In this document: piece after piece, positions 18,532 through 29,581 of the stretch
Layout of the letters: each line of letters begins with the position of its first letter
Position numbering within the stretch: position 1 is the first letter of the stretch
Origin: an uncultured bacterium
GTDB taxonomy: Bacteria; Zixibacteria; MSB-5A5; UBA10806
DNA length: 64,000 nucleotides
Direction of reading: 5' to 3'
Assembly (NCBI GenBank): GCA_965541585.1
Contig: CBEUCH010000005.1
Coordinates: 1 to 64,000 of the forward strand
Translations under genes and position numbers: made by a program
The notes under the pieces: generated by a model
Databases searched by the model: none
What the model was told of the DNA's origin: nothing
Seen by the model: the letters and a program-made list of their open reading frames with translations, nothing else

Positions 18532-19827
18532 TTACCTGAACCGCCTTATATCCCCATCGTAAGGATACTGCAGTTCATAATCGCCATAACCATTATAATC
18601 CACAAAAAAGAATCTCAGCTTCTCTTCATAGTAATACCAGATTTGATAAGGTTTTCGATCAATATCGAAGGGATGTCGGTCTATGTCGTCGGGCGGGCCG
18701 TAGGTGATATAGACCATACCCATGTCCGTCTTCCAACCGTCGCGGCCAAAAATCCCGAAATTCAAATCGGTATATCTGATACGGCCATAGTATTCATCCC
18801 GAAGTTCGTTCTCCGGCGTCCCCGGCGACGGGTCTAAGGATTTCCAGAAGTCTTGCCAGAGTTCGAGATGCTGCTCCTCAGGAGCTTTCAAAAGCTCCTT
18901 CCGCTGCTCATTGGACGCTATATATCTTAATTGATCCACCGCCGTCTTATAGTCATTCTTCACAATTGCAAAGACCGACCACTCTATGACGAAATCGGCA
19001 GCCGCTGAAATGCTGAGCTTGCTTCCGGGTGATTTGATCTGTATGGACAGCTCATACTTACCCGGTAGCAACGATTCTACAATGAATCGCTCGAGCCTTT
19101 CGGTAATTCCAATGCGACTCGTGAAAAGCGAGGTATCGGTCATAACCGATTCATCACTCTGTATGATATCGTAAACTGCAAGATAATCTCCCCGAAAATC
19201 ACTCTGATTGTATATTTGATAATAGACAATCATTTCAGGCTCGCCATAACCATACACTCTGGAGACGGATGGTATGACTGTCATTCCATCCTTTTGAAAC
19301 TGCGATCTGCCGTCGGCTATCTTTGCCTCTCTGACAAATTCGATTCCCGAAAGCGACGGGATTTCTAATCCGAATTTCCTCAACTTCATATCCATCTTTA
19401 CGTTATGTTTATCGCCGGAGAATCTATCGGTCAATGTGCCCACCAGTTCATAATCAGCGGGAGGTAGGTCGAAGGATACCATATCGATAACGAAATCCTG
19501 CGCTGAAAGCGTCATTTTGTAATCGTCGGCGAACAGATCACCGTCGCGGGAAGCCCCGGTAGCCTGCTTCCCTTTTCTCTTGATGACGAGATCCACCTCA
19601 TATGAGGCCTTGAACATATCGCCGTGCTTCTCGTAGGTAAGCACTGATGAGAACATCTTGTAATATACTTCGATATGAATATTATCCGACAGGCTGTCGA
19701 CAAACGCAGCATAATCGACATTGAAAGCATGCTGGACGAGTTCATCCCCAATGCCAGGACGATCTTGGGCAAGCAGCGTTCCCGGAAGCAAGAAAACCGC
19801 TAATATTTTAGACGCGACTTTAAGCAT
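18532..19827 (-). CDS. GWxTD domain protein, secreted
   Basis: Signal peptide; FWKSLDPSPGTPENE, GWKTDMGMVYITYGPPD, YQIWYY. Confidence 0.92.
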   Translation of the reverse strand: MLKVASKILAVFLLPGTLLAQDRPGIGDELVQHAFNVDYAAFVDSLSDNIHIEVYYKMFSSVLTYEKHGDMFKASYEVDLVIKRKGKQATGASRDGDLFADDYKMTLSAQDFVIDMVSFDLPPADYELVGTLTDRFSGDKHNVKMDMKLRKFGLEIPSLSGIEFVREAKIADGRSQFQKDGMTVIPSVSRVYGYGEPEMIVYYQIYNQSDFRGDYLAVYDIIQSDESVMTDTSLFTSRIGITERLERFIVESLLPGKYELSIQIKSPGSKLSISAAADFVIEWSVFAIVKNDYKTAVDQLRYIASNEQRKELLKAPEEQHLELWQDFWKSLDPSPGTPENELRDEYYGRIRYTDLNFGIFGRDGWKTDMGMVYITYGPPDDIDRHPFDIDRKPYQIWYYYEEKLRFFFVDYNGYGDYELQYPYDGDIRRFR

Positions 19828-19896
19828 TACCCATTCAAGTTCATCTTATAATACCCGGAACTCAATTCACAAGCAAAATCCGGCCATCCATAAATT

Positions 19897-19925
19897 CTAA
19901 CGATATTCAATACTAAAATGTTTCT
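19897..19925 (-). promoter_or_regulatory. ECF-type promoter upstream of the GWxTD pair
   Basis: AGAAAC-N17-CGTTAG; shares GAAACATTT and CGTTA with the site at 26558. Confidence 0.55.
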
Positions 19926-19928
19926 CTT

Positions 19929-21170
19929 TCATTCATACCTGAGGCATTCGATCGGATCGAACCTAGCGGCCCTCATGGCGGGATAGATGCCGAAAACCAG
20001 CGCCACGCCCACAGAAAAGCAAAAAGCGATTATCACCCAGAGAACAGAGACAGCCGCGGGCAGGACGGTCAGGGCGGCTATTATCTGAGCTGTACCCAGC
20101 CCCACGAGGATGCCGAGCAGTCCTCCCAGGCCGGAAAGCGCCATGGCCTCAATAAGAAATTGCCAGAGTATATTTCGCCTCTTGGCACCCACGGCTTTGC
20201 GAATTCCGATCTCCCTTGTCCTTTCAGTTACAGAAACCAGCATTATATTCATAACACCGACGCCGCCCACCAGCAGCCCTATTGAGGAGATGACAATCAT
20301 TACCATCCAGACCGCCTGGGTCAATTGATTATAAATCTCAAGAAGGTTTTCCTGAGTGAAAACCGCAAAATCGTCCGGATCGTTGTAGCCCAGGCCTCTT
20401 TGCCTTCGCATAACTTCCCTTACCTGATCGATGGCCTCCGGCATTAATTCCGGCGATTCCGCTTTTAACGCCAACCACAGTTCTTTTTCCTCGGGATGGA
20501 GTTTCCTGAAAGTACCGTAAGGGATCGCTATAAAATTGTTCTCACCACTCCCCATTACCGTCTGTCTTTCCTGCATAACCCCGATGACAACGAATTTGTC
20601 GTTGTTAACCAGAATCTCCTTGTTTATGGGATCCTCATTGGGGAAAAGCTCCTTGGCAACATCCGAGCCAATTGCAGCCACCATAGTCCTGAATTTAACG
20701 TCAGAATCGTTAAAAAACCGTCCCTGCCCGGCAAAGACGTTATTGACCAGCTCATAATCGGGCAGGGTCCCGAAGAATGCAGGACGACGAACCTCTCTAT
20801 CCTTGTATTTGGCGATATTCCCGCCCGGCCTGCGATAATAATTCTGGGGCGATACGCCTACGATCGCCGGACAGCCCTCGAGGATCGCGATGGCGTGATC
20901 GTAGGTGATTCCCTTCCTGTTTCGCTCCGAGGCCGGTCTGTGGCCCATCGTGATACCCGGCTTATATTTGGATATGTAAATAACGTTCGACCCCAGGGAT
21001 TCGATCTGCCGAGCCATAGAATTATCCAGACCCGTTATCAAGGAAACAACCGTGATTACTGTAAATACTCCGACCAGAACTCCCAGAACAGTAAGAAAAG
21101 ACCTCATCTTGTGACCCCTGAAGGTCGCCAGAGCTAACCAGAGACTTTCTTTCATTTCGTAAAATGTCAT
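19929..21170 (-). CDS. MacB/FtsX-type ABC transporter permease
   Basis: RSFLTVLG, GGVGVMNIMLVSVTERTREIGIRKAVGA, DPIECLRYE; start moved to MTFYEM (GAGGGG SD). Confidence 0.93.
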   Translation of the reverse strand: MTFYEMKESLWLALATFRGHKMRSFLTVLGVLVGVFTVITVVSLITGLDNSMARQIESLGSNVIYISKYKPGITMGHRPASERNRKGITYDHAIAILEGCPAIVGVSPQNYYRRPGGNIAKYKDREVRRPAFFGTLPDYELVNNVFAGQGRFFNDSDVKFRTMVAAIGSDVAKELFPNEDPINKEILVNNDKFVVIGVMQERQTVMGSGENNFIAIPYGTFRKLHPEEKELWLALKAESPELMPEAIDQVREVMRRQRGLGYNDPDDFAVFTQENLLEIYNQLTQAVWMVMIVISSIGLLVGGVGVMNIMLVSVTERTREIGIRKAVGAKRRNILWQFLIEAMALSGLGGLLGILVGLGTAQIIAALTVLPAAVSVLWVIIAFCFSVGVALVFGIYPAMRAARFDPIECLRYE

Positions 21171-21225
21171 TTTCCCCTCGGGGATACGGTCTCGAATAGC
21201 AGCCGGAATATGAACCTTGTAAAGC

Positions 21226-22446
21226 TCATTCATACCTCAACGATTCTATGGGATCCAGCCTGGCAGCCTTTACCGCCGGGAACAAGCCGAAGATGATTCC
21301 CACACCGGAAGACACTCCCAGCCCGGTTGCAACAGCCCATAACTCGACGGCCGCCGGCAGAGGAGAGACGTGGTCCAGAATTACTGCGAATAGAATTCCA
21401 ATCAGGACGCCGATTCCTCCCCCTATGACAGCCAGGGTTGCGGCCTCCACCAAAAATTGCCAGAGAATATCGCGCCTTCGCGCCCCGATAGCCTTCCTGA
21501 TGCCGACTTCCCGGGTACGCTCGGTTACGGACACCAGCATGATGTTCATAATGACTATTCCGCCCACGATAAGCGCTATCGACGATATTAAGACCAATAC
21601 TATCCAGAGCGTTGCCGTGAGATTATTGTACAGATTTATGAACGTTGCGGTTGTCATTATACCAAAATCATCCTTCTGGTTGTACTGGAGCTTTCGACGC
21701 GTCCGCAGAATACTGCGGGCCTGGTCCTGGGCCTCCTCCATCAACTTCATATCTCTTGCCTTGGCGTAAATAGAGATCGTTCTTCTCTTGCCGAAGTATT
21801 TCTGGTAGGTGGTCAGCGGCACAACTACCCAGTTATCCTGGTTCATACCCAGAAACGAACCGCGAGATTTGCCAACACCCACGATTCTGAAATAGTATTT
21901 GCCCACCTTGATATCCTTGCCCAGTGCAGACCCGGATTTTATGAGATTTGAGACGATATCCGGGCCGACAAGGCAGACGGCGCTCCGGTGGAGGTCATCA
22001 GATTCGTTCATAGGCCGGCCATAATCGAGATCTACATCCGAAATCTCCAAGTAATTGTAGGTACCTCCTACAACCCAGATATCCTCGAGATAATCGGCTC
22101 CGTATTTTACCTTGGTCGGCGACGGCTCGGCTGTTCCGCCAACATTTTCGCACAGGTCGCAGTATTTTTCCACCGCCCGCATATCCTCAACCGTGATATT
22201 CTTCCGCTTGCGGGTTTTTAACCATTCCTCCTCGGACGTGACAAGCCCTTCTTTATCTATTATAAAGGTATTAGAACCCATCGAGTTTATCTTGCTGGTG
22301 ACATAATTGTTCATGCCGTTTATGACCGACACCACTGCGATCAGCGTGGTGACACCGATTATAATACCTATAAGCGTCAGAATCGTCCTTAATTTGTTGG
22401 CCCAGATCGATTGAATCGCTATTATGACGCCCTCTAAAAACCACAT
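21226..22446 (-). CDS. MacB/FtsX-type ABC transporter permease
   Basis: NKLRTILT, MNIMLVSVTERTREVGIRKAIGA, LDPIESLRYE. Confidence 0.93.
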   Translation of the reverse strand: MWFLEGVIIAIQSIWANKLRTILTLIGIIIGVTTLIAVVSVINGMNNYVTSKINSMGSNTFIIDKEGLVTSEEEWLKTRKRKNITVEDMRAVEKYCDLCENVGGTAEPSPTKVKYGADYLEDIWVVGGTYNYLEISDVDLDYGRPMNESDDLHRSAVCLVGPDIVSNLIKSGSALGKDIKVGKYYFRIVGVGKSRGSFLGMNQDNWVVVPLTTYQKYFGKRRTISIYAKARDMKLMEEAQDQARSILRTRRKLQYNQKDDFGIMTTATFINLYNNLTATLWIVLVLISSIALIVGGIVIMNIMLVSVTERTREVGIRKAIGARRRDILWQFLVEAATLAVIGGGIGVLIGILFAVILDHVSPLPAAVELWAVATGLGVSSGVGIIFGLFPAVKAARLDPIESLRYE

Positions 22447-22458
22447 CGGTTAGCCACC

Positions 22459-23145
22459 TCAGTCGTTAGAGGTTATTTCTTCCTTTTCGATCTGGCCGTC
22501 GCGGATATATATGATTCGGTCAGCATACAGGGCAATATCGTGTTCGTGAGTTACAATTATGACAGTATTACCGCTTTTATGTAACCTGGAAAGAAGCTGC
22601 ATTATCTCGACTCCGGTGGCCGTGTCAAGATTACCCGTGGGCTCATCCGCGAGGATCAACGATGGCGAATTCACCAGAGCCCGCGCTATGGCCACCCTCT
22701 GCCTCTGACCGCCCGAAAGCTGATTCGGTTTGTGAGTCATCCTGTCGGTGAGATCCACCAATTCCAATGCCTCTTTAGCCTTTATGATTCTGGTATCCGA
22801 TCGGGTGCCGTTGTATATCAGAGGCAATTCCACGTTATGCAGCGCTGTTGCCCTCGGTAGTAGATTGAAAGTTTGAAAGACGAATCCGATTTCCTTGTTG
22901 CGGATATGGGCCAATTCATCATCGTTCATCGCGGACACATTGCGCCCGTTTAGAAGGTACTCTCCTTTTGAAGGCGTATCGAGGCATCCGATTAGATTCA
23001 TCAGGGTCGATTTACCCGAACCGGATGGTCCCATTATCGCCATGTACTCCCCCGCCCTGACATCCAACGTGATGCCGCGCAAGGCCTGGATTTTCTCCGC
23101 TCCTATATCATATATCTTCCAGAGGTCATTGGTCTGTATTAGCAT
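22459..23145 (-). CDS. ABC ATP-binding protein (LolD/MacB type)
   Basis: [29 protein letters not shown]. Confidence 0.95.
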   Translation of the reverse strand: MLIQTNDLWKIYDIGAEKIQALRGITLDVRAGEYMAIMGPSGSGKSTLMNLIGCLDTPSKGEYLLNGRNVSAMNDDELAHIRNKEIGFVFQTFNLLPRATALHNVELPLIYNGTRSDTRIIKAKEALELVDLTDRMTHKPNQLSGGQRQRVAIARALVNSPSLILADEPTGNLDTATGVEIMQLLSRLHKSGNTVIIVTHEHDIALYADRIIYIRDGQIEKEEITSND

Positions 23146-23186
23146 ATTCTGAATTTCCCTCGCGTTTCTCTAACTTAGATCCGATA

Positions 23187-24440
23187 TCAGTCCGATTCTT
23201 CTTCAGATTCGGCATCCGGCCCGAACCTCGGTTTCTGAGGATCGATCGGATCGCCATGTTTGATGGTTCTAAGTATTCTGTAGGATCCTGTAATAACGCT
23301 ATCGCTTTCCGATAATCCGCTTGTGATCTCCACGTACTGCTGATCCCTGATGCCGGTTTGGACGGGTACGAATTTGGCCTCTGAATTTTTGGCAATGAAA
23401 ATGCCGTCAATGTCTTTTTTGTCTTTCTCTTCATCGCCAGACTTGTCTTCTTCATTTTCCGATGACCCGCTGTTGCCCTGATCATTCGAATTTTCACCCT
23501 CGCCCGTGCCCTCCGGCCTCATCACCACTGCACCTGCAGGCACTTTGATTATGTCGTCGCGGCGGTCAGTAGTGATATCCACGGAAGCGGTCATTCCGGG
23601 TTTGATATTTTCGACTTCATCCAGAATCAGTATTTTAACCATGAAATTGGTTATCTGGTCCGATCCCCCGAAACCGGTCGCCTTGGGCGAGTTTCCGATC
23701 TGGATGACCTCTCCCTTAAACGTGGTATCCGGAAATGCATCGAGCGAAATCTCCACCTCCTGGCCCATACCCACCCGGGCGATATCAGTTTCGTCCACCT
23801 CGGCTTCTATTTCCATAGCGGAGAGATCCGATATCACCATGATAACGGTGCCGGGGTTGTTCATCGTTCCCAGGACGACATTTTCTCCCTTCTCCGAATT
23901 GAGCGTGGTGACAATACCCTCCATTGGAGATCTGATGGTGCATTTGTCGAGTTGATCTTGAGATCTATCCAGACTGGCTTGATAAACCTGAACCTGCGCC
24001 TCCGCCTGCTCATAAGCGTTCTGGACAATATCTATTAGCGCCTGCGAAGATAAATCCTTTTGAAACAGCCCTTTTTCCCTGTTCAGATCTAATCGGGATT
24101 TTTCCAGGCCGGATTTTGCCGATAGAAGAGATCCTCTGGCCTGAGCGACATCCATCCTACGAGAACGGTCATCGATCTTTACCAGCAATTGATTATCTTT
24201 TACGGCATCGCCCTCCTCTACAGGCAGCTCTTCGATTCGCCCCATAACATCAGCCGAGATATCAACGTCGGCCTGGGCCCTGACCTTGCCGGTAGCGGTC
24301 ACAATCGATGTTATATCTCCCTTGCGGGCAATCTCTACCGTGACTTTAGTCTTCTTAACCCCGCTCGATCTCAAGACGAGGACGACGAGCACGACGAGGA
24401 TTATCCCTCCGCCAATAATAAAAAACCACTTTTTTTTCAT
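23187..24440 (-). CDS. Periplasmic adaptor (MacA/HlyD family)
   Basis: N-terminal TM, lipoyl-like halves, helical hairpin, VDETDI, KPGMTA. Confidence 0.92.
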   Translation of the reverse strand: MKKKWFFIIGGGIILVVLVVLVLRSSGVKKTKVTVEIARKGDITSIVTATGKVRAQADVDISADVMGRIEELPVEEGDAVKDNQLLVKIDDRSRRMDVAQARGSLLSAKSGLEKSRLDLNREKGLFQKDLSSQALIDIVQNAYEQAEAQVQVYQASLDRSQDQLDKCTIRSPMEGIVTTLNSEKGENVVLGTMNNPGTVIMVISDLSAMEIEAEVDETDIARVGMGQEVEISLDAFPDTTFKGEVIQIGNSPKATGFGGSDQITNFMVKILILDEVENIKPGMTASVDITTDRRDDIIKVPAGAVVMRPEGTGEGENSNDQGNSGSSENEEDKSGDEEKDKKDIDGIFIAKNSEAKFVPVQTGIRDQQYVEITSGLSESDSVITGSYRILRTIKHGDPIDPQKPRFGPDAESEEESD

Positions 24441-24456
24441 CTATCTTCCTCCGTAC

Positions 24457-25770
24457 TTATCTCCCTAACACCTTTTCCAGCCTGGAGATCGCCAGGCTGT
24501 AATCGAAAATTGCCTGCACGCGGTTGGTCTGAGCCTGTTTCAGCGAAACCTCGGCATCCAATACCTCCAGGATCGTTGCTGCTCCGAGCTTATATTTTTC
24601 CCTTACGAGATTCAGATCCTCCTGGGCAGCAGCCACTGATTCCTCGGCCAGTTTCATTGTTTCCTCGGATTGCTCGATATCCAGAAACGCCTGCGTCAAC
24701 TCCAGGGCAACCCTGTTCTTGGTATCCTTCAGGCCCTGCTCATAGGTATTCACATTCCTCTTTGCCGCCCGCAATGTTGCGTAATCCGATGCCCCGTTGA
24801 AGATATTGAAGTTGACCGAGGCGTAAAGAAAATAGCTTGCATTCGGCATACTAAGATCAGTCAATTCCGCGAATTTATCGACATTGGTCGAATGCGAAAG
24901 GCCCACAGAGAGGGACGGAAGAAAACTGGAGTATGCCATAAGCTTTAGATCCTGAGCACCGTAAAGATCGAACCTGGCTTTACGGTAATCCGGATTCTGC
25001 GAAAGCGCCTCATTAAGAGCGCTATTGAATTCAATATCGAGGCCACGCTGCGGCATCTCCTCTACTACCTCTATTTCCCGTGTAACGTCAACGCCCATGA
25101 TATATGCAAGATTAGCCAGGGCAAGTTTGTAGATATTTGTCTTACTTACAAGATCGAGTTTATCGTTACCATACTGAACCTTGGCCTTGAGAACGTCGGA
25201 CATTGACGCCGCACCGAGATCATATCGGCTCTGCACCACCCGAAGTCTCTCCTCACCCCTTCTCACGGCATCGGTAGCGACATCCAGAAGCATCTTCGCT
25301 TTAAGCAGGTTATAATAGTACTCTTTGACATTCAGGATCAAAGTCGAACTGGCACTAATATAGCCATTAAATGAGGATCCCCGATCGTGATATTTTTTTC
25401 TCAGATTGGCATAGGTATAAAGCCCCAGACCACCATAGTTTTGGCTGAAGCTTAAAGCGCCGGAATACGAATTAGTTTTCTGGGCCCCTGAGATCGCCTT
25501 CCGGGCGTCTACATCGTAATATGAAAAACCCGACCACGACTGATTGGCGCGCGCGCTGATATTTATCCCGGGGAGAAAATTCCCCCAGGCCGTATAAATC
25601 TCTCCGCGTGCCGCATCATAGGAGTTTTTAGCTGCTATCACGCCGTAATTATTTTTTAATGCCGTCTCTATGCACTTATCAAGGGTATAGACCTCAGCGG
25701 AAACCTGGCTGTATCCTGATAATAAAATAAGCGGGAGAATAACTGCCAGCAACCGGATTTCTCGTTTCAT
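24457..25770 (-). CDS. TolC-family outer membrane channel
   Basis: Signal peptide from MKREIR (25770); TL..CI..AL.NN; repeated Y.LG.A...VL.A OEP motifs. Confidence 0.92.
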   Translation of the reverse strand: MKREIRLLAVILPLILLSGYSQVSAEVYTLDKCIETALKNNYGVIAAKNSYDAARGEIYTAWGNFLPGINISARANQSWSGFSYYDVDARKAISGAQKTNSYSGALSFSQNYGGLGLYTYANLRKKYHDRGSSFNGYISASSTLILNVKEYYYNLLKAKMLLDVATDAVRRGEERLRVVQSRYDLGAASMSDVLKAKVQYGNDKLDLVSKTNIYKLALANLAYIMGVDVTREIEVVEEMPQRGLDIEFNSALNEALSQNPDYRKARFDLYGAQDLKLMAYSSFLPSLSVGLSHSTNVDKFAELTDLSMPNASYFLYASVNFNIFNGASDYATLRAAKRNVNTYEQGLKDTKNRVALELTQAFLDIEQSEETMKLAEESVAAAQEDLNLVREKYKLGAATILEVLDAEVSLKQAQTNRVQAIFDYSLAISRLEKVLGR

Positions 25771-25786
25771 TGATATCTCCTTTTCC

Positions 25787-26533
25787 TTACATCCCAAACT
25801 GCTTAAACACGCCGGATAAAGCAACATTCAAGGCTACCCATATCGCCCAGAGGATTCCAACCGCCATGTAAGCCTTGGCGGTAGTGAACCTGTATATGAT
25901 ACCGAAACCCGTGGCGAAAACTGCCAGAAACCATATTGTGAAAAAGTCGAATTTCGAGAGAAACGTATGGAGCTTTGTTCCTATAGCATCTGCGGGGAGA
26001 AGAATGGCGAGGGAGAGGGATACATTCATGCTACCCTTGGCAATTATGAGAGGAATAGTCACGAATGTCGAGAGCATAAAAATACACATTGACCAGGATA
26101 AAACGGAAAGCACCTTTTTATATGTAGTATCTCCACCCAGGATAACAGTGCCAATGAGATAGAAAATACCTGCCAGCGCTAAGAATATGATAGGCGTTCC
26201 TATGGCCTGAGACACCACGGTGATAATGCGCTGGGTATTCACATTTTCCGCAAATCGATTCTCTATAACTTCAAGCTGCTCCGGGGGAATATTGGGATTG
26301 CTTCTCAGGCTTTCCAATTGCGTTTTCATGATGATGGGGAAAGTTACCTGAGTGGATATGACTGTTAACAACGTGATAACTATTAGCGGAATTACCCACG
26401 TCGGACTCTGTTCTACTGCCTCGAAAGTCTTCTGGGGATTTCCGAAAACGTTCCCTAACCTGCCCCAGAAACCGAGCACGGGGACCGCCTCGTTGGCCGC
26501 CATAGTAACTTGATCGTTGCCTTCCATCTTCAC
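25787..26533 (-). CDS. Yip1-domain (YknW-like) membrane protein
   Basis: NVFGNPQKTF...P.W..PL, about 5 TM; first gene of the exporter operon. Confidence 0.82.
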   Translation of the reverse strand: MKMEGNDQVTMAANEAVPVLGFWGRLGNVFGNPQKTFEAVEQSPTWVIPLIVITLLTVISTQVTFPIIMKTQLESLRSNPNIPPEQLEVIENRFAENVNTQRIITVVSQAIGTPIIFLALAGIFYLIGTVILGGDTTYKKVLSVLSWSMCIFMLSTFVTIPLIIAKGSMNVSLSLAILLPADAIGTKLHTFLSKFDFFTIWFLAVFATGFGIIYRFTTAKAYMAVGILWAIWVALNVALSGVFKQFGM

Positions 26534-26557
26534 TCCTTTGCTAACGCGTCTTTTAGA

Positions 26558-26585
26558 TTAACGTAGGAACCCGCCAAATGTTTCA
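26558..26585 (-). promoter_or_regulatory. ECF-type promoter upstream of the Yip1-TolC-ABC operon
   Basis: TGAAAC-N16-CGTTAA, close to the B. subtilis sigmaW consensus TGAAAC-N16-CGTA. Confidence 0.65.
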
Positions 26586-26636
26586 AAGCCTCGCCCTGTT
26601 CTAATACACATCACATTCTAAGATATTCTATCATAA

Positions 26637-27266
26637 TCAGGGCATTCCGATACGATGGAAAATGGTCAGCCCCAGGCTAAAGGAGTCGCCCTGCCGGGGC
26701 AAAGTCGCCGGATATGAAACTCCCCTCCTGAATTGACTGTATTCATCATAATTAACAAAATTACCGGATAGATATAATGCCAATCCCAATCCGGGGCTGA
26801 CGTGATACCTGAAATCGAGACCGACCACGATACCCCAGCCTGAGAAATTCTCCTCCACGTCGATCATCGGATCATTAGAGGAGCGCCTCAGTCCGGAAAT
26901 ATCGAATAGGGCGGGCCCCACCGCAATCACCAGTTCGGCCTTATTGATTTTCCAGGGAATCGCTCGAACCTTGAGGAATATGGTGTTCTTTTCTGCCTCT
27001 TCCTCCAAAACTGCGTTCCCTCTCAATGCATAATCATAATCATGAGTGGAGTGCATTACCCCGATCTCCAATCCGAGGCGATCGATGAAATCAAAGCCGA
27101 TGCTACCCACATAACCAATGCCCGGTTCCATCTCGGAATAGATCTTATCGACAGGCCGATCATGCAGGAGGCCTCCTCGTATCGAAAGCCCGCTCTGGCC
27201 GAAAGCCGATTGCGCCACAACTCCTAAGAACAGAAGGAGATATGATACGATCCCTAACCTCTCCAT
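26637..27266 (-). CDS. Small outer-membrane beta-barrel protein, putative
   Basis: Signal peptide (AFG), alternating amphipathic strands, 209 aa. Confidence 0.65.
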   Translation of the reverse strand: MERLGIVSYLLLFLGVVAQSAFGQSGLSIRGGLLHDRPVDKIYSEMEPGIGYVGSIGFDFIDRLGLEIGVMHSTHDYDYALRGNAVLEEEAEKNTIFLKVRAIPWKINKAELVIAVGPALFDISGLRRSSNDPMIDVEENFSGWGIVVGLDFRYHVSPGLGLALYLSGNFVNYDEYSQFRRGVSYPATLPRQGDSFSLGLTIFHRIGMP

Positions 27267-27272
27267 GTAGCG

Positions 27273-27301
27273 ATCTTAATAGAATGCCCGATGGAGGGCA
27301 A
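27273..27301 (-). promoter_or_regulatory. sigma70-type promoter, probably leaderless
   Basis: TTGCCC-N17-TAAGAT, 6 nt before ATG 27266; no Shine-Dalgarno. Confidence 0.5.
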
Positions 27302-27353
27302 GCGAAATAAGAGAGACGGGATATCGCCCTGTCTTATCCTTACTGAAAAACAC

Positions 27354-29372
27354 TTATCCCTTGAAAAGTGGAGCCAGAACAAGGGAGACAATCGCCATAA
27401 GCTTGATCAGGATATTCATGGACGGCCCGGACGTGTCCTTGAAAGGATCGCCGACGGTATCGCCGACCACGGCCGCCTTATGGGCATCGGAACCTTTGCC
27501 TCCATGTGCCCCGCCCTCGATAAACTTCTTGGCATTATCCCAGGCGCCGCCGCCGTTGGCCATCATGAGCGCCATCATAACGCCGGTTACCGTCGCACCG
27601 GCCAGAAGACCGCCCAATGCCTCTTTGCCCAGAACATATCCTACGAGAATAGGGGCAATTATTGCAAGCAGACCGGGAATTATCATCTCTCTTAGGGCAG
27701 AAGCCGCCGCGATGGCCACGCATCGATCGGAATCCGGTTTCGCGGTTCCTTCCATAAGGCCGGTTATCTCCCTGAATTGCCGGCGAACCTCTTTGACCAT
27801 GGCAAAAGCGGCTTTCCCGACCGCTTTCATAGTCAACGCGGCCACTAAAAAAGGAAGAAGACCACCCAGAAGCAAGCCGATCACGACCTTCGAATCAACG
27901 AGGTTTATGCTGTCAAGTCCCACCGCCGTAGTATAGGCTGAGAACAAGGCCAGGGCCGTTAACGCTGCCGAGCCGATAGCAAAACCCTTACCGATAGCGG
28001 CAGTAGTGTTGCCGAGAGAATCGAGCCTGTCAGTGATCTTGCGAACCTCGGGACCGAGACCGGACATCTCCGAAATACCACCGGCGTTGTCCGCAATCGG
28101 GCCGTAAGCGTCAACCGACATGGTGACCCCTATAGTGGCCAGCATACCCACCGCGGCGATACCGATTCCATAGAGCCCCATGGTGAAGCTATGGCTCTCG
28201 GCATAGCCGGTCTGGAAGGCTATGTAAATAGCGATACAGATCACAATCACCGGAAGCGCTACTGATTCCATACCAACAGCCAGACCGGTTATAATGTTTG
28301 TAGCGGGACCCGTCTCTGACGCTTTCGCAATATCTCTGATAGGCTTGGCAGAGGTATAATACTCGGTTAAAAGTCCCAGGACAATTCCCGCTATTGAACC
28401 AGAAAGGACAGCCCAGAAAATTCCGAGATCCACCTTAAGCCAGCCTGTAAGAACATAGGTAGCTACAAGCATCACGAGAGCACCTACATAGGTCACGATA
28501 CGAAGTGTGGCCGCCGGATTCATTGACGAAAAAATCTTCACCGAGAGAATCCCGAGCATTGACGCGACGATCCCCACAGTAGCAATCATCAGGGGCATGG
28601 CCACATAACCTGCATACGCCGAACCCAGGTTTATTGTTATGGCTATTCCCAGGACGACCGACGCCACGATCGAACCGACATAAGATTCAAAAAGATCGGC
28701 CCCCATACCGGCAACGTCGCCTACGTTATCACCGACATTATCCGCAATAACCGCCGGATTTCTCGGGTCATCTTCGGGAATACCGGCTTCGACTTTCCCG
28801 ACAAGATCGGCGCCGACATCGGCCGACTTGGTGTAGATACCTCCTCCGACACGAGCGAAAAGCGCGATGGATGATGCTCCCATGGAGAAACCCGTCAGTG
28901 CCTGTAATGCCGTGAGGTCTTCGGGCCTGTAAAAAAAGTAAAACATAACACCGAGTCCCAAAAGACCCAACGAGGCGACCGACATTCCCATGACCGCCCC
29001 TCCCGAAAACGCGTTTTGCAGCGCCTTCGATTGGCCCGAGCTTCGAGCCGCCTCGGTAGTGCGAACATTCGCCTTGGTGGCGGCGTTCATGCCGAAGAAA
29101 CCGGCGAACATGGAACATGACGCGCCTGCCAAAAAGGCCAATCCCGTATGAACGCCTATTTTCCAGGTTAAGAGAAGAAAAACTATTACGATAAATGGAA
29201 CCAGATACAGATACTCTTTCTTCAAAAACACCATCGCCCCGCGATGGATCGTCTCAGCCAGCTCCGTCATCTTCTCGTTGCCGGTAGGCTGTCTCCTGAT
29301 CGTCAGATAGACGATAAAAGCGAAAAGCAATCCAACCGCGCCTAATACGATCGCAAGAACCCCGTAGTCCAT
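27354..29372 (-). CDS. hppA: Membrane-bound K+-dependent pyrophosphatase, probably Na+-translocating
   Basis: [55 protein letters not shown]. Confidence 0.96.
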   Translation of the reverse strand: MDYGVLAIVLGAVGLLFAFIVYLTIRRQPTGNEKMTELAETIHRGAMVFLKKEYLYLVPFIVIVFLLLTWKIGVHTGLAFLAGASCSMFAGFFGMNAATKANVRTTEAARSSGQSKALQNAFSGGAVMGMSVASLGLLGLGVMFYFFYRPEDLTALQALTGFSMGASSIALFARVGGGIYTKSADVGADLVGKVEAGIPEDDPRNPAVIADNVGDNVGDVAGMGADLFESYVGSIVASVVLGIAITINLGSAYAGYVAMPLMIATVGIVASMLGILSVKIFSSMNPAATLRIVTYVGALVMLVATYVLTGWLKVDLGIFWAVLSGSIAGIVLGLLTEYYTSAKPIRDIAKASETGPATNIITGLAVGMESVALPVIVICIAIYIAFQTGYAESHSFTMGLYGIGIAAVGMLATIGVTMSVDAYGPIADNAGGISEMSGLGPEVRKITDRLDSLGNTTAAIGKGFAIGSAALTALALFSAYTTAVGLDSINLVDSKVVIGLLLGGLLPFLVAALTMKAVGKAAFAMVKEVRRQFREITGLMEGTAKPDSDRCVAIAAASALREMIIPGLLAIIAPILVGYVLGKEALGGLLAGATVTGVMMALMMANGGGAWDNAKKFIEGGAHGGKGSDAHKAAVVGDTVGDPFKDTSGPSMNILIKLMAIVSLVLAPLFKG

Positions 29373-29581
29373 CTAAGATCTTCTCCTTTTATTTTTAATT
29401 CGTTAACTCCTACACAAATAAGGCGCTAAATATGTCTTTTATGGCATTTTCAGTCAAGCATAAATTGGCCAGACCGGTTTTATAAGCTCGATGCGGGGCC
29501 ATCCCCAACAAAAACGCTCACATCCCAGGGTGGACTATTTAATCCCGGATCAACGGTGCATCCAGCGAGGAACTCGATATA

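Noticed and set aside
23126..23497. 123-aa same-strand ORF overlapping the adaptor gene
   Set aside because: Alternative frame of a low-complexity acidic region
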